The translations under genes were made by a program, and so were the position numbers. A DNA stretch of 64,000 nt from Candidatus Latescibacterota bacterium (GTDB lineage Bacteria; Latescibacterota; UBA2968; GCA-2709665): contig CBDCOX010000002.1 in NCBI GenBank assembly GCA_965219995.1, forward strand, positions 1,088,001-1,152,000, in the 5' to 3' direction. Below the pieces are notes generated by a model. The model was not told the origin of the DNA, searched no databases, and saw nothing but the letters and a program-made list of their open reading frames with translations. Positions 9,644 through 18,601 of the stretch are shown here, one piece after another. The stretch's first letter is position 1; every line of letters begins with the position of its first letter.

Positions 9644-10383
9644 TCCTGCGCCTGCGCTTCACCTGTCATCGGTACAAACCGGACGGCAATCACCCGTTCT
9701 TCCCTTACGCCGTCCTTCTCCTTGACGAGTAACGTCAGGGTTTGATTATCGGTGCCGACGGGTATCACCATGCGCCCCCCTTCCCGAAGCTGTTCAACGA
9801 GCTTCGGGGGAATATGGTCGGGCGCCGCGGTTACGATCACCGCGTCGAACGGCGCGTGTTCCGCCCAGCCGCGGTACCCGTCGCCGAGGCGTACGCTGAT
9901 ATTGTCGTATCCCATGCGTCTGAGTCGTTCTTCGGCCTGCCGGGCGAGCGACGGCACGATCTCGATCGTATAAACTTCCCGCACCAGCTTTGCCAGAACG
10001 GCCGCCTGGTACCCCGAGCCGGTGCCCACCTCCAGCACGCGCTCTTCCCCTTCAAGGGACAGCAACTCCGTCATTTTCGCCACGATGTACGGCTGTGAAA
10101 TCGTCTGGTCTTCCCCGATCGGCAGCGCGCCGTCGTCGTACGCCCGCGCTTTGAGGTGCGGGGGCACAAAAAGGTGGCGCGGTACCCCCATCAAAGCGTT
10201 CAACACGCGCCGTTCCTTGATTCCGCGGCGCTCGATCTGTGTTTTTACCATCTTCCTGCGCATAATGAGAAATCGCGCCTCCTCATCCGCCGACATCCTC
10301 TGTCCGTCGGTCGAATCCGCACTACATCCTGCGCAAAGCGCTATCCACAGCGCCGGCGTTGTTGCGCCGCGTAAGCGATGCAT
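9640..10383 (-). CDS. pcm: Protein-L-isoaspartate O-methyltransferase with lipoprotein-like N-terminus
   Basis: VPRHLFV, QTISQPYIVA, VLEVGTGSGYQAA, APFDAVIVTAA, VRFVPMTG. Confidence 0.95.
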   Translation of the reverse strand: MHRLRGATTPALWIALCAGCSADSTDGQRMSADEEARFLIMRRKMVKTQIERRGIKERRVLNALMGVPRHLFVPPHLKARAYDDGALPIGEDQTISQPYIVAKMTELLSLEGEERVLEVGTGSGYQAAVLAKLVREVYTIEIVPSLARQAEERLRRMGYDNISVRLGDGYRGWAEHAPFDAVIVTAAPDHIPPKLVEQLREGGRMVIPVGTDNQTLTLLVKEKDGVREERVIAVRFVPMTGEAQAQE

Positions 10384-10404
10384 GATCTACGGCCTCCGGG
10401 GGAA

Positions 10405-12009
10405 TCATTGTTTCCTGCTCTCCAGATATGCCCTGTCTCGCTGCAGAAGGTCCGGATTCAGCCGGTAGAACAGCTCCCTGGCCTGGGGCAGCATCCTGCT
10501 GGTGACGACAAACCGGCCGTCGAGCAATAACGATGGATTCATCGACGGATCGATACCCGCTCTTGCCGCTGCCTGCAGGGACCGTAATGCCATCGAGGGG
10601 CCTTCGTCTGCCGCGCAGCGCTTTATGCGTTCGACGTCCATTGCATGCTGTTCCAGGCAGGCGGTATCGGACCCTGCGGTGCCGTCCTCAGACGCACCCC
10701 CGAACACGCACTTCTCAAACGCCCTGTAGCGACGTGGATAGAGCTGCCGGACACACAAGCTGGAAGAGGCGTTCTCATTCCGCCCGAACGGATGGAGATG
10801 CAGACGTTCCGGGGCATCGACGGCGTCCAGCCACGACAGCAGCCCCCCTACTGTTCGTGCCGTCGATGGCGACACTCCCGCAAAGAAGAAGTCCATACGA
10901 CCCGGAACGGCCTTCCGTCCCATCAGCCGCGAGACGGGCACAAGCACGGGCCGCGGTACGTAACTGTCGCCAATCGGATAGACGGCCTGCGCAAATCTCT
11001 GAAACCGGGCTGTCGTGGCGAATCCCGATCCCAGAATAAACGCGGGCACCCGGTCGACCCGATACCGTTGCGCCAGATTCCTGCCCTGCCGGGAGTGTAC
11101 GTTGACCGTTCGAACATCCACACCCGGGAACAACTCCCGGGTGGACCGGACAAACATCCCGGGATCGCACAGGTCGCATTCGGAATCGTTCAGAACCGTC
11201 ATCCGGAAGACGACGGGATCGCTGAACCTGCACGACGCCGAGGGCTTGCCGGCATCAACGCAGATTCCGACGCGCCCCGTTGACGCACAGTCCTTATCGG
11301 CGCCGCAAACCGGAACTGCAGCGCACGGCCCTGCCAGACTGTCGATCCCGCAGACCCGGCGCGCCAGACCCTGCCTTTCGATTCCGCCCTCTACTTCCTC
11401 GCCGTTGACGTACAGGGTGGGCGACGCCTGGATGCCCAGCCGATTGGCCCTCCGGATATTTTCGCGGAAAAGCGCTTCGCCTTCTGCACCGGACGCGGCC
11501 GCGGCCACCCGTTCAGGATCGATTCCCGCCCGCCGCGCGCTGGCCTGCCAATCCGGAGAAGCCATGTCTTCATTTCTGAGGAGAATGTAGTCATAGTAGC
11601 GGTCGGGATACAAATGCATCATGACGACCTGCCGGATTCCTTCCTCCACTTCCGCGTCGCCGTGCAGGCTGAGGAATCGGCCCGTACCGTGTACCGCGCC
11701 TGACTCGCAGGCCTCGCGTCCGGGCTCGTGCGGCCTGAGCGGCACGGCGGGCGCAGACCCCTCCTTTCCGGCCTCCTGAGCGATGAAGTGCAGCCGGAAA
11801 TCGATACCATCTCCAAACGCCTCGAGCGCAGGTTCGAGCGCCGCTTCCGCCCGCATACCGTACGGACAGTGCGCCATCACAAATAACTCAACCCGTACGC
11901 GTTCCGGTGAATCCCCGGCCTCACCTGCCGAAACGTCGGCACCGGGAACCGGAAGCCAGGGCAACATGCCCGCGCACAAGGATGTGATCATACCCCGAGT
12001 GAATCGCAT
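10405..12009 (-). CDS. Exported Cys-rich multi-thioredoxin-fold (GILT/DsbA-like) protein
   Basis: Signal-like N-terminus, VELFVMAHCPYG, LHGDAEV, GIQASPTLYVNG, a Cys-rich linker, a CDLC motif and VDRVPAF. Confidence 0.65.
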   Translation of the reverse strand: MRFTRGMITSLCAGMLPWLPVPGADVSAGEAGDSPERVRVELFVMAHCPYGMRAEAALEPALEAFGDGIDFRLHFIAQEAGKEGSAPAVPLRPHEPGREACESGAVHGTGRFLSLHGDAEVEEGIRQVVMMHLYPDRYYDYILLRNEDMASPDWQASARRAGIDPERVAAAASGAEGEALFRENIRRANRLGIQASPTLYVNGEEVEGGIERQGLARRVCGIDSLAGPCAAVPVCGADKDCASTGRVGICVDAGKPSASCRFSDPVVFRMTVLNDSECDLCDPGMFVRSTRELFPGVDVRTVNVHSRQGRNLAQRYRVDRVPAFILGSGFATTARFQRFAQAVYPIGDSYVPRPVLVPVSRLMGRKAVPGRMDFFFAGVSPSTARTVGGLLSWLDAVDAPERLHLHPFGRNENASSSLCVRQLYPRRYRAFEKCVFGGASEDGTAGSDTACLEQHAMDVERIKRCAADEGPSMALRSLQAAARAGIDPSMNPSLLLDGRFVVTSRMLPQARELFYRLNPDLLQRDRAYLESRKQ

Positions 12010-12062
12010 TTTCGTCAGTCCCGCGGTACCAGCATCAGGACGGGTGTGGCCGGTGACGGAAC

Positions 12063-12096
12063 AAGAAAGGCCGCCTCCGGCTGAGAGACGACCTTC
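12063..12096 (-). terminator. Rho-independent terminator after the FlgD-domain gene
   Basis: Minus strand AAGGTCGTCTC-loop-GAGGCGGCCTT followed by TCTT. Confidence 0.6.
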
Positions 12097-12121
12097 ACGT
12101 TGCAGCGCCAGACATGAATAG

Positions 12122-12922
12122 CTATTTCAAGAGCATCATTCGCCTGGACGCCGAGAAATCGGCGGCCTGCAGCCGATACAAATAGATCCCGCTGGCGACC
12201 TGGCGTCCCAACTCGTCCCTGCCGTCCCAGGTGGCTGTATAGTGGCCCGCTTCGGTGCGCGCATCCAGCAGAACGCGAACTTCCTGACCAAGGAGATTAT
12301 AGACGACGAGCCTGACCTGCCCGACCTCCGCAATCTGATACTCGATCGTTGTGGAGGGGTTGAACGGATTCGGCATATTCTGGCTCAGGGCCGTGCGGTC
12401 GGGCAGTGCTTTCAGGTTACCGATTTCAATTTGCGTGAGCAGGTCGATATTTCCATCGAGTCCGACCAGTACGCCCTCGGCAATCTGAAAATCCGTTGCC
12501 ACCGGCGTTTCGGTGGTCTTGAAGACGAGTTCAACGAGAGCGCCGTCGCCGCTGGAGCCCACGCCATCAACCTTCATGGCGCCGATATCCAGTTTGCCGG
12601 GCGTCCTGTCAGACGACAGAAAGAGCGTACTCCGTTCAGCCCCGGATGACAGCAGATTTTCGTCCGCCTCCCTCGCTTCGAGAAACTCGTACCTGGCCGG
12701 ATCGTAGATCAGTGAGAATCCGTACCCCTTCAGGTCCTTGGCCTCTGCGAGCGATACGATCAGTTTCAGGACACCCGCGTCCGTGTCCTGTCCGTCCGCA
12801 CGTTCCAGCATCAGCCGGGCGAATGAATTCTGACCGCCCGAAATGGTCAATCCATCGGTCATTTCCCCGGCAGTCGCCGAACCTGCCAGAGCAAGTACGA
12901 CCAGAACAATTGCCTTCCGCAT
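12122..12922 (-). CDS. Secreted cohesin-like protein with FlgD Ig-like / T9SS type A-like C-terminal domain
   Basis: Signal peptide MRKAIVLVVLALAGSATA; cohesin-like LKGYGFSLIYDPARYEF and GDGALVELVF; C-terminal QNMPNPFNPSTTIEY...WDGRD...VASGIYLYRL...MMLLK. Confidence 0.8.
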   Translation of the reverse strand: MRKAIVLVVLALAGSATAGEMTDGLTISGGQNSFARLMLERADGQDTDAGVLKLIVSLAEAKDLKGYGFSLIYDPARYEFLEAREADENLLSSGAERSTLFLSSDRTPGKLDIGAMKVDGVGSSGDGALVELVFKTTETPVATDFQIAEGVLVGLDGNIDLLTQIEIGNLKALPDRTALSQNMPNPFNPSTTIEYQIAEVGQVRLVVYNLLGQEVRVLLDARTEAGHYTATWDGRDELGRQVASGIYLYRLQAADFSASRRMMLLK

Positions 12923-12979
12923 AACCGCCTCCTTTCGGGACCCACGCGAACCGAGAGTTTTCAAACCGTCATCGCATGA

Positions 12980-13008
12980 AATTTACGTTGTACGCCATCC
13001 CGTGTCAA
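12980..13008 (-). promoter_or_regulatory. Putative sigma70 promoter of the cohesin/FlgD gene
   Basis: Minus strand TTGACA-N17-TAAATT. Confidence 0.6.
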
Positions 13009-13145
13009 CAGGGAATTGCGACGGCGACTCCGCAAAGATCCGAAATTCCCCGGCGACCGGCGTTCACGGCCACGAGCCCAGGGCAGGCGGGGCGACGCAA
13101 AGGCGCGTCTTTCGAACCGCGGCGCGGCCAGGTCCCGCTCCGCAA

Positions 13146-14669
13146 TCACAGGCCGTGAACATCGCCAGTGAAAAAACGTCGAATCGCATCGACGAGTCCG
13201 GAGATGCCGATTTCCCGTCCGGCGGCCTGCACGACAACCGGGAATCCCAGATTAGAGGCCGTCTCGGCAGTCGTGGGTCCAATACATGCGGCGCGGAGTG
13301 TCCGCGGTAGTTCCGGCATTCCGAATTGCTTTAATAATTCTACACAATTTTTTGCTGCAGAGGGACTTGAAAAGACAACCAGATCCACTTCCCTTCGATT
13401 CAGGCGCGCAACGGTCTCGCTCGAAATGTGCGAGGGCATCACGGTTCGGTAGACGACGATCTCGCGCACCCGCGCCCCTTGCGCCCGCAATGCGTCGGGG
13501 ACTGTCTTCCGCCCGATATTGCCACGGGGAATCAGCACGCGCTGGCCGGACACGCGTATTCCCGCGAACTGTTCCGCGAGGGCGGCCGCGGTGTGCCGAC
13601 ACGGGCACAAATCCACCGGCAGGCCGAAACTCCGTATCCTCTCGGCGGTCGTCCGGCCGACGGCGGCAATCCGGATTTCCGACAGACTTCGGAGTTCGCC
13701 ATGTCGTACACGCACCCGACGGAGAAATCGTTCCACCGCGTTAGCGCTTGCGAATACAAGCCAGTCAACGCGGTTCAGCCTGCCAATCTCCGCGTCGGCG
13801 GGCGCCCAGTCCGCCGGCTCCACGATCCGGATGGCGGGAGCCACGAGGACCTCCGCCCCCAGCCCCGTCAGCATGCCCTGCAGTTCTCCGGCGTGTTCCC
13901 GGCTGCGCGTCAGCAGGATGCGTCGCCCGAAGAGCGGCAGCCGCTCAAACCACGGAAAGTCCGATCCGGCGACTTCACCCACCACAATTGCCGCGGGACT
14001 GGCGGCCTCTGCCCCGGCCAGCGTGCCGAGCGTGCATCGGACGGTTTTCTGGCCCGGCAACGTACCGTCTTGCACCACGGCAACGGGCGTATCGGCCGGT
14101 CGCCCGGCCTGGATCAGTCGACGGGCGACCTCACCCCGGTTTCGCACCCCCATCAGCACGACCAACGTCCCGCCCAGCCGGCCCAGCGCCTGCCAGTCTA
14201 CCTCCGGCAGGGCGTCCAGGGACTCCCGGTGTCCCGTCAGAAAGGTCACGTGGGGTGCGATCGCGCGGTGCGTGACCGGAATTCCCGCGTATGCGGGCGC
14301 TGCGATTGCGCTGGTAATCCCCGGAACGACTTCAAACCGGATGCCTGCCTTCTCCAGCGTCGCCATTTCCTCTCCGCCGCGCCCGAAAACGAAGGGGTCC
14401 CCACCCTTCAGACGCACGACGTTGAGGCCTTTTCCGGCCCTGTCGACCATGAGGCGGTTGATCCGCTCCTGTTGTCGCGTCTGTGCGCCGGGTTGTTTGC
14501 CGACGTCGATCCGTTCACAGTGCGGCGGCGCTTCATCGAGCAACGCGGGATTCGCCAGGCTGTCGTAAAGAATGACATCTGCCTGCCGGATGCGGCGAAG
14601 GGCCTTTATTGTTATCAGTTCGGGATCGCCCGGGCCCGCGCCAACGAGAAAAACAGCGCCTTCCGACAT
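13146..14669 (-). CDS. cobA: Fused uroporphyrinogen-III C-methyltransferase / uroporphyrinogen-III synthase (CobA-HemD)
   Basis: LVGAGPGDPELIT, RLKGGDPFVFGRGGEE, VPGITSA; HemD part LFGRRILLTR, FASANAV, VYRT, CIGPTTA. Confidence 0.93.
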   Translation of the reverse strand: MSEGAVFLVGAGPGDPELITIKALRRIRQADVILYDSLANPALLDEAPPHCERIDVGKQPGAQTRQQERINRLMVDRAGKGLNVVRLKGGDPFVFGRGGEEMATLEKAGIRFEVVPGITSAIAAPAYAGIPVTHRAIAPHVTFLTGHRESLDALPEVDWQALGRLGGTLVVLMGVRNRGEVARRLIQAGRPADTPVAVVQDGTLPGQKTVRCTLGTLAGAEAASPAAIVVGEVAGSDFPWFERLPLFGRRILLTRSREHAGELQGMLTGLGAEVLVAPAIRIVEPADWAPADAEIGRLNRVDWLVFASANAVERFLRRVRVRHGELRSLSEIRIAAVGRTTAERIRSFGLPVDLCPCRHTAAALAEQFAGIRVSGQRVLIPRGNIGRKTVPDALRAQGARVREIVVYRTVMPSHISSETVARLNRREVDLVVFSSPSAAKNCVELLKQFGMPELPRTLRAACIGPTTAETASNLGFPVVVQAAGREIGISGLVDAIRRFFTGDVHGL

Positions 14670-14735
14670 GATCGCACCTGGTGTTCAGTCCCGGAACCGG
14701 CTGCACCGCAGCCACGAAGGAGAACTGACCGCCTC

Positions 14736-15656
14736 TTAATCGACCTCGCCCAGCAACTCCTTCGCACCCCGCTCGATCAGCAATTCCGAAAGCCTTCTGC
14801 CAACGTCAATGCACTCGTCAGGGTCCCCTGTCGTCCGGGCGTGGACGACCCTGCTGCCGTCCGGTACCGCCACCATACCGTCTGCGATGAGAACCCCCTT
14901 CTGCAGACGCGCCCACGCGCCGATTGGAACCTGACATCCGCCACCGAGTTCATCCAGCATGGCGCGCTCGGCGCTCACCGCGAGATGCGTGGAACGATCG
15001 TGCAAACAGCCTACGGCCTGCGCCACATGTTCGTCGCACCGCCTGACTTCGATGCCAAGTGCGCCCTGTCCCGGCGCCGGTAGAAAGCGATGTGCGGGCA
15101 GAAACTCGTCAATGCGGTGTTGCAGTCCCATCCGGAGCAGACCGGCAGCGGCCAGAACGACGGCATCGAGTTCTCCCTCAATCAGTTTCCGCAGACGTGT
15201 ATCCACGTTTCCACGGATCCCTTCGACGTTCAGATCCGGTCTGACATGCTGCAGCTGCGCCTGTCGCCTCAGGCTGCCGGTGCCCACCACCGCGCCCTCC
15301 GGCAGGGCCGCGAGCCGGTGACCGGCGCGGCTCACCAGTGCGTCCCGGACATCCAACCGTCGGCTCGTGGCCTCCAGACGCAATCCGTCGGGCAGCCGGG
15401 TGGGCAGGTCCTTCATGGAATGTACGGCCAGATCGACCCGTCCACCGAGAAGCGCCTCCTCGATTTCCCTGGTAAAAACACGTTTGCCGCCAATCCGGGC
15501 AACGGGCTCGTTCAGCGCCTGGTCACCCCGGGTTTTGATGACTTCAATGCAAACATCCAGCCCGGAATACGCGTCCAGCAGCGTCTTTCGGGCCCACGAA
15601 GCCTGGCGGAGAGCAAGGGGGCTGCCGCGGCTGCCGATTACAAGGCGAGTCAGCAT
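14736..15656 (-). CDS. hemC: Hydroxymethylbilane synthase (porphobilinogen deaminase)
   Basis: IGSRGSPLALRQ, AVHSMKDLP, GTGSLRRQAQL, RGNVDTRL, LGGGCQVP. Confidence 0.96.
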   Translation of the reverse strand: MLTRLVIGSRGSPLALRQASWARKTLLDAYSGLDVCIEVIKTRGDQALNEPVARIGGKRVFTREIEEALLGGRVDLAVHSMKDLPTRLPDGLRLEATSRRLDVRDALVSRAGHRLAALPEGAVVGTGSLRRQAQLQHVRPDLNVEGIRGNVDTRLRKLIEGELDAVVLAAAGLLRMGLQHRIDEFLPAHRFLPAPGQGALGIEVRRCDEHVAQAVGCLHDRSTHLAVSAERAMLDELGGGCQVPIGAWARLQKGVLIADGMVAVPDGSRVVHARTTGDPDECIDVGRRLSELLIERGAKELLGEVD

Positions 15657-16975
15657 TCGGTCTGCACCCTCTCTACGGGTGCCTCGGGCGGAGACGGTTT
15701 CACCGCGTCCGAAGGGATCGCTTCCAGGTCGAACAGGCGGACCAACGCATCGACATAATTCAGAGCCTCCCCTGAATCGGCGGCTTCACGCAGCCGTACC
15801 TGCGGAGCGTGCAGCAGCTTGTTCATATAAAGCCTCAGGAGGGCAGCCACCTTCTCCTGCTGGATCTCCGTGAGATCCGATAACCTGGCACGATCGAGTT
15901 CTTCTTCGAGAAGATCCTGAAACTTCTGTCGCATAGCCACAATTGCCGGCACCACGTCCAGCGAGTTCAGCCACGAAGCAAATCCACTTGCCTCTTCGCC
16001 CACAATCTTCCGTGCCTTCTCCGCCTCACGTCGCCTTTTCTTCATATTTGCCCCGACCACCGCCTGCAGATCGTCGATGTCATAGAGAAAGACATTGTAA
16101 AGCGCGCCGGCTTCCGGGTCGATGTCTCTCGGAACCGCAATATCGATGAGGAACATCGCGTTGTTCCTCCGCTGCTGCATCGCCCGCGCGACCCGGGTCT
16201 TCTTCAGGATCGGGACCGTCGCGCTGGTTGAACTGATCACGATGTCGGCGCGGTGGAGGCCATCCATCGCATCCTCCCACGACATCGCCTTCCCATTCAC
16301 ACGTTTCGCCAGGTCGCGCGCCCTTGCGAACGTCCGGCTGGACACCATCAACCGCCCGATCCCCTTGTCCACGAGATGTCTGGCGGTCAATTCGCTCATT
16401 TCCCCTGCGCCCAATACCAGGGCCGTCCTTTCGTCCAGATTGCCCAGGATCTTCCCGGCCAGCGCCACGGCCGCAAAACTGACCGAAACCGCGCCGTCGG
16501 CGATCTCGGTTTCCGTCCGCGCCCGTTTGGAGGTCTCGACGGCCGAACGAAACAACCGGTTGAGAATGGCGCCGCTTGTTCCGGCTTCCAGTGCCCGGGC
16601 GCCCGCATCTTTCACCTGCCCCGCTATCTGCGGCTCGCCCATGATCATCGAGTCCAGCCCCGACGCCACACCCAGCAGGTGTCGGACGGCGTCCATGTCG
16701 TTCAGGGTGAACGTGCATCCGTCCAACTCAGCCGCGTCGATCCCGCTGGTACTGCAGAAAACGCCAAGCACCCCGGCGCGAGCGGTCTTGGGATCGTCCG
16801 ACACGAGATAGGCCTCGGAGCGGTTGCAGGTTGAAATGAGACTGCATTCGTTCACGGAATCGAGCGTGCGCAATCGCTCGAGGACGGACCGATGCTGCTG
16901 TTCCGAGACCGACACGCGGTCCCGGATTTCCACCGAAGCCGTCCGGTGGGTCAACCCCACCACTACGATAGACAT
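15650..16975 (-). CDS. hemA: Glutamyl-tRNA reductase
   Basis: VGLTHRTA, STCNRSE, SGLDSMIMGEPQI, GAGEM, DIAVPRDID. ATG at 16975 overlaps the sirC stop region. Confidence 0.96.
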   Translation of the reverse strand: MSIVVVGLTHRTASVEIRDRVSVSEQQHRSVLERLRTLDSVNECSLISTCNRSEAYLVSDDPKTARAGVLGVFCSTSGIDAAELDGCTFTLNDMDAVRHLLGVASGLDSMIMGEPQIAGQVKDAGARALEAGTSGAILNRLFRSAVETSKRARTETEIADGAVSVSFAAVALAGKILGNLDERTALVLGAGEMSELTARHLVDKGIGRLMVSSRTFARARDLAKRVNGKAMSWEDAMDGLHRADIVISSTSATVPILKKTRVARAMQQRRNNAMFLIDIAVPRDIDPEAGALYNVFLYDIDDLQAVVGANMKKRRREAEKARKIVGEEASGFASWLNSLDVVPAIVAMRQKFQDLLEEELDRARLSDLTEIQQEKVAALLRLYMNKLLHAPQVRLREAADSGEALNYVDALVRLFDLEAIPSDAVKPSPPEAPVERVQTEC

Positions 16976-17604
16976 GCCTGTACTTTCCTGTCGAGTTCGT
17001 CCCACTCTTCCCGCCGGATCAGTTCCACGGTCTCCCAGTTCACCAGCCTGTCCCACACCGCCTTTCGCCGCGCGGGACTTTCGGGAAACCGCGCCATCAC
17101 CCTCGGACGCAACCCGGCCAGATAGTCCACCACTCCGCCGTGTTCGCGCCCGAGAACATCCTCGAGATGCCGCCTGACCAGACGCGCGTACGCAGGGCTG
17201 GCCCCGGCGGTCGAGACGGCCACCTGAAACCCACCGCGACGCAGCGTGGCGGGCACGGAAAAGTCCCCCGGGCCCATGCCGTCCGAGCGGTTCACCGGAA
17301 TGCCGTTTTCGCCGGCGGCCAGTACGACCTCCTCGTTCACAGACGCGCGGTCCGTGGCAGCAAAGACCAGAAACGCGCCTCTCGCGTCACTCCGATCGAA
17401 TGCGCGCCGTACCAGACGCACGCGGCCGGCGGCCGCCAGGGTCTCCAGAGAGTCGGATGCGACCCGTGCGATCACAGTCACATCCGCGCCCGCGGCGAGC
17501 AGGCCGCGCACTTTCCGCTCGGCCACGGCCCCGCCGCCAGCGACGACGCATTTCCGGTTTCGCAGATCCAGAAAGACGGGATATTCAGCCCATTGGTCCG
17601 CCAT
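16963..17604 (-). CDS. Precorrin-2 dehydrogenase / sirohydrochlorin ferrochelatase (SirC/Met8-like)
   Basis: YPVFLDL, VAGGGAVAERK, AATD, VAVSTAGASP. Start placed at ATG 17604. Confidence 0.9.
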   Translation of the reverse strand: MADQWAEYPVFLDLRNRKCVVAGGGAVAERKVRGLLAAGADVTVIARVASDSLETLAAAGRVRLVRRAFDRSDARGAFLVFAATDRASVNEEVVLAAGENGIPVNRSDGMGPGDFSVPATLRRGGFQVAVSTAGASPAYARLVRRHLEDVLGREHGGVVDYLAGLRPRVMARFPESPARRKAVWDRLVNWETVELIRREEWDELDRKVQACLS

Positions 17605-17624
17605 ATGCACTCGCGCACATTTAC

Positions 17625-18452
17625 CTACTGTGCCAGAACGTGTTTTCCGGGAAACAGCAAACCCATAACCGGAAACGTGAACACCACGAGGACAAATCCC
17701 AGAATCGACATGAGTGCGGCCCGTTTCCCCTGCCACCCCGCGATCCATCGGGCGGCAAGGAGCCCGGCATAGACAACCCAGGTAACCAACAGCACCCAGA
17801 ATGCCGGTTCGCTCCAGATCCAGAACCGGTACATCTTCTGGTGGACCCACACGGAACTCGCGACAATGCCGGCGGTCAGGAATACGAAACCGAACGAAGC
17901 CGCGCGGCCGTTGGTCTGATCGAGGGTATCCAGCGGCGGCAGACGATCATAGAAGAAGCCCAGATGTTTCTTCTGAATCTCACCGAGCAGCATCACGTAC
18001 ATTGTTGCGCTGACGCTGGATATGGCGAACGCCGCATAGGCCAGAATGTAGGCGAAAACGTGGAGCTTGAACCACCCTCCGGTGTGCGCCACTCTTGGCG
18101 CTTCTTCAACGCCCATGAGGTTGGAAGCGGCAACGAGGTGCAGCACGGCCACGATGGGTACGACCAGCGCGCCCAGCGAACCGCGGCAGGTTCCGAATTC
18201 CAGGTAAAGAAAAACAATGACAACCAGCCAGGCGCATAATGAAGGCAGCACCTGGCTGGATAAGGGAACCTGTCCTGTTGCAATCACCATTCTGGCCAGC
18301 AGTGTACTGTGCAGCACCCAGCCCACGATGAGGCTCCAGAAACCGAGCGAGCCCCCGAGGGCCTGCTTTCTAATAAAGTGTGTTGCGTAGGCGCACGCAC
18401 TGACGACATAGGCCACTCCCGCACCCGTCACCAGCAGATTCTGCAATCCCAT
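17625..18452 (-). CDS. CcsA/HemX/YpjD-like cytochrome c assembly-family membrane protein
   Basis: Multiple TM helices, WFKLHV, LPPLDTLD, GWQGKRAA; sits in the hem block. Start placed at ATG 18452. Confidence 0.85.
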   Translation of the reverse strand: MGLQNLLVTGAGVAYVVSACAYATHFIRKQALGGSLGFWSLIVGWVLHSTLLARMVIATGQVPLSSQVLPSLCAWLVVIVFLYLEFGTCRGSLGALVVPIVAVLHLVAASNLMGVEEAPRVAHTGGWFKLHVFAYILAYAAFAISSVSATMYVMLLGEIQKKHLGFFYDRLPPLDTLDQTNGRAASFGFVFLTAGIVASSVWVHQKMYRFWIWSEPAFWVLLVTWVVYAGLLAARWIAGWQGKRAALMSILGFVLVVFTFPVMGLLFPGKHVLAQ

Positions 18453-18601
18453 AACGTTGGACCCCAAACTGAATCGGCGTGTGAAACCGGCCTCCGAACC
18501 ACACGCCTTCGGTACCGGCGACGGGGTCACTACTCATTCGACACCGGTCGTCCGGCTGCACCGGTCAAGGCCCTTTTGCGGGCCGAGGCCGGACATTGAA
18601 T

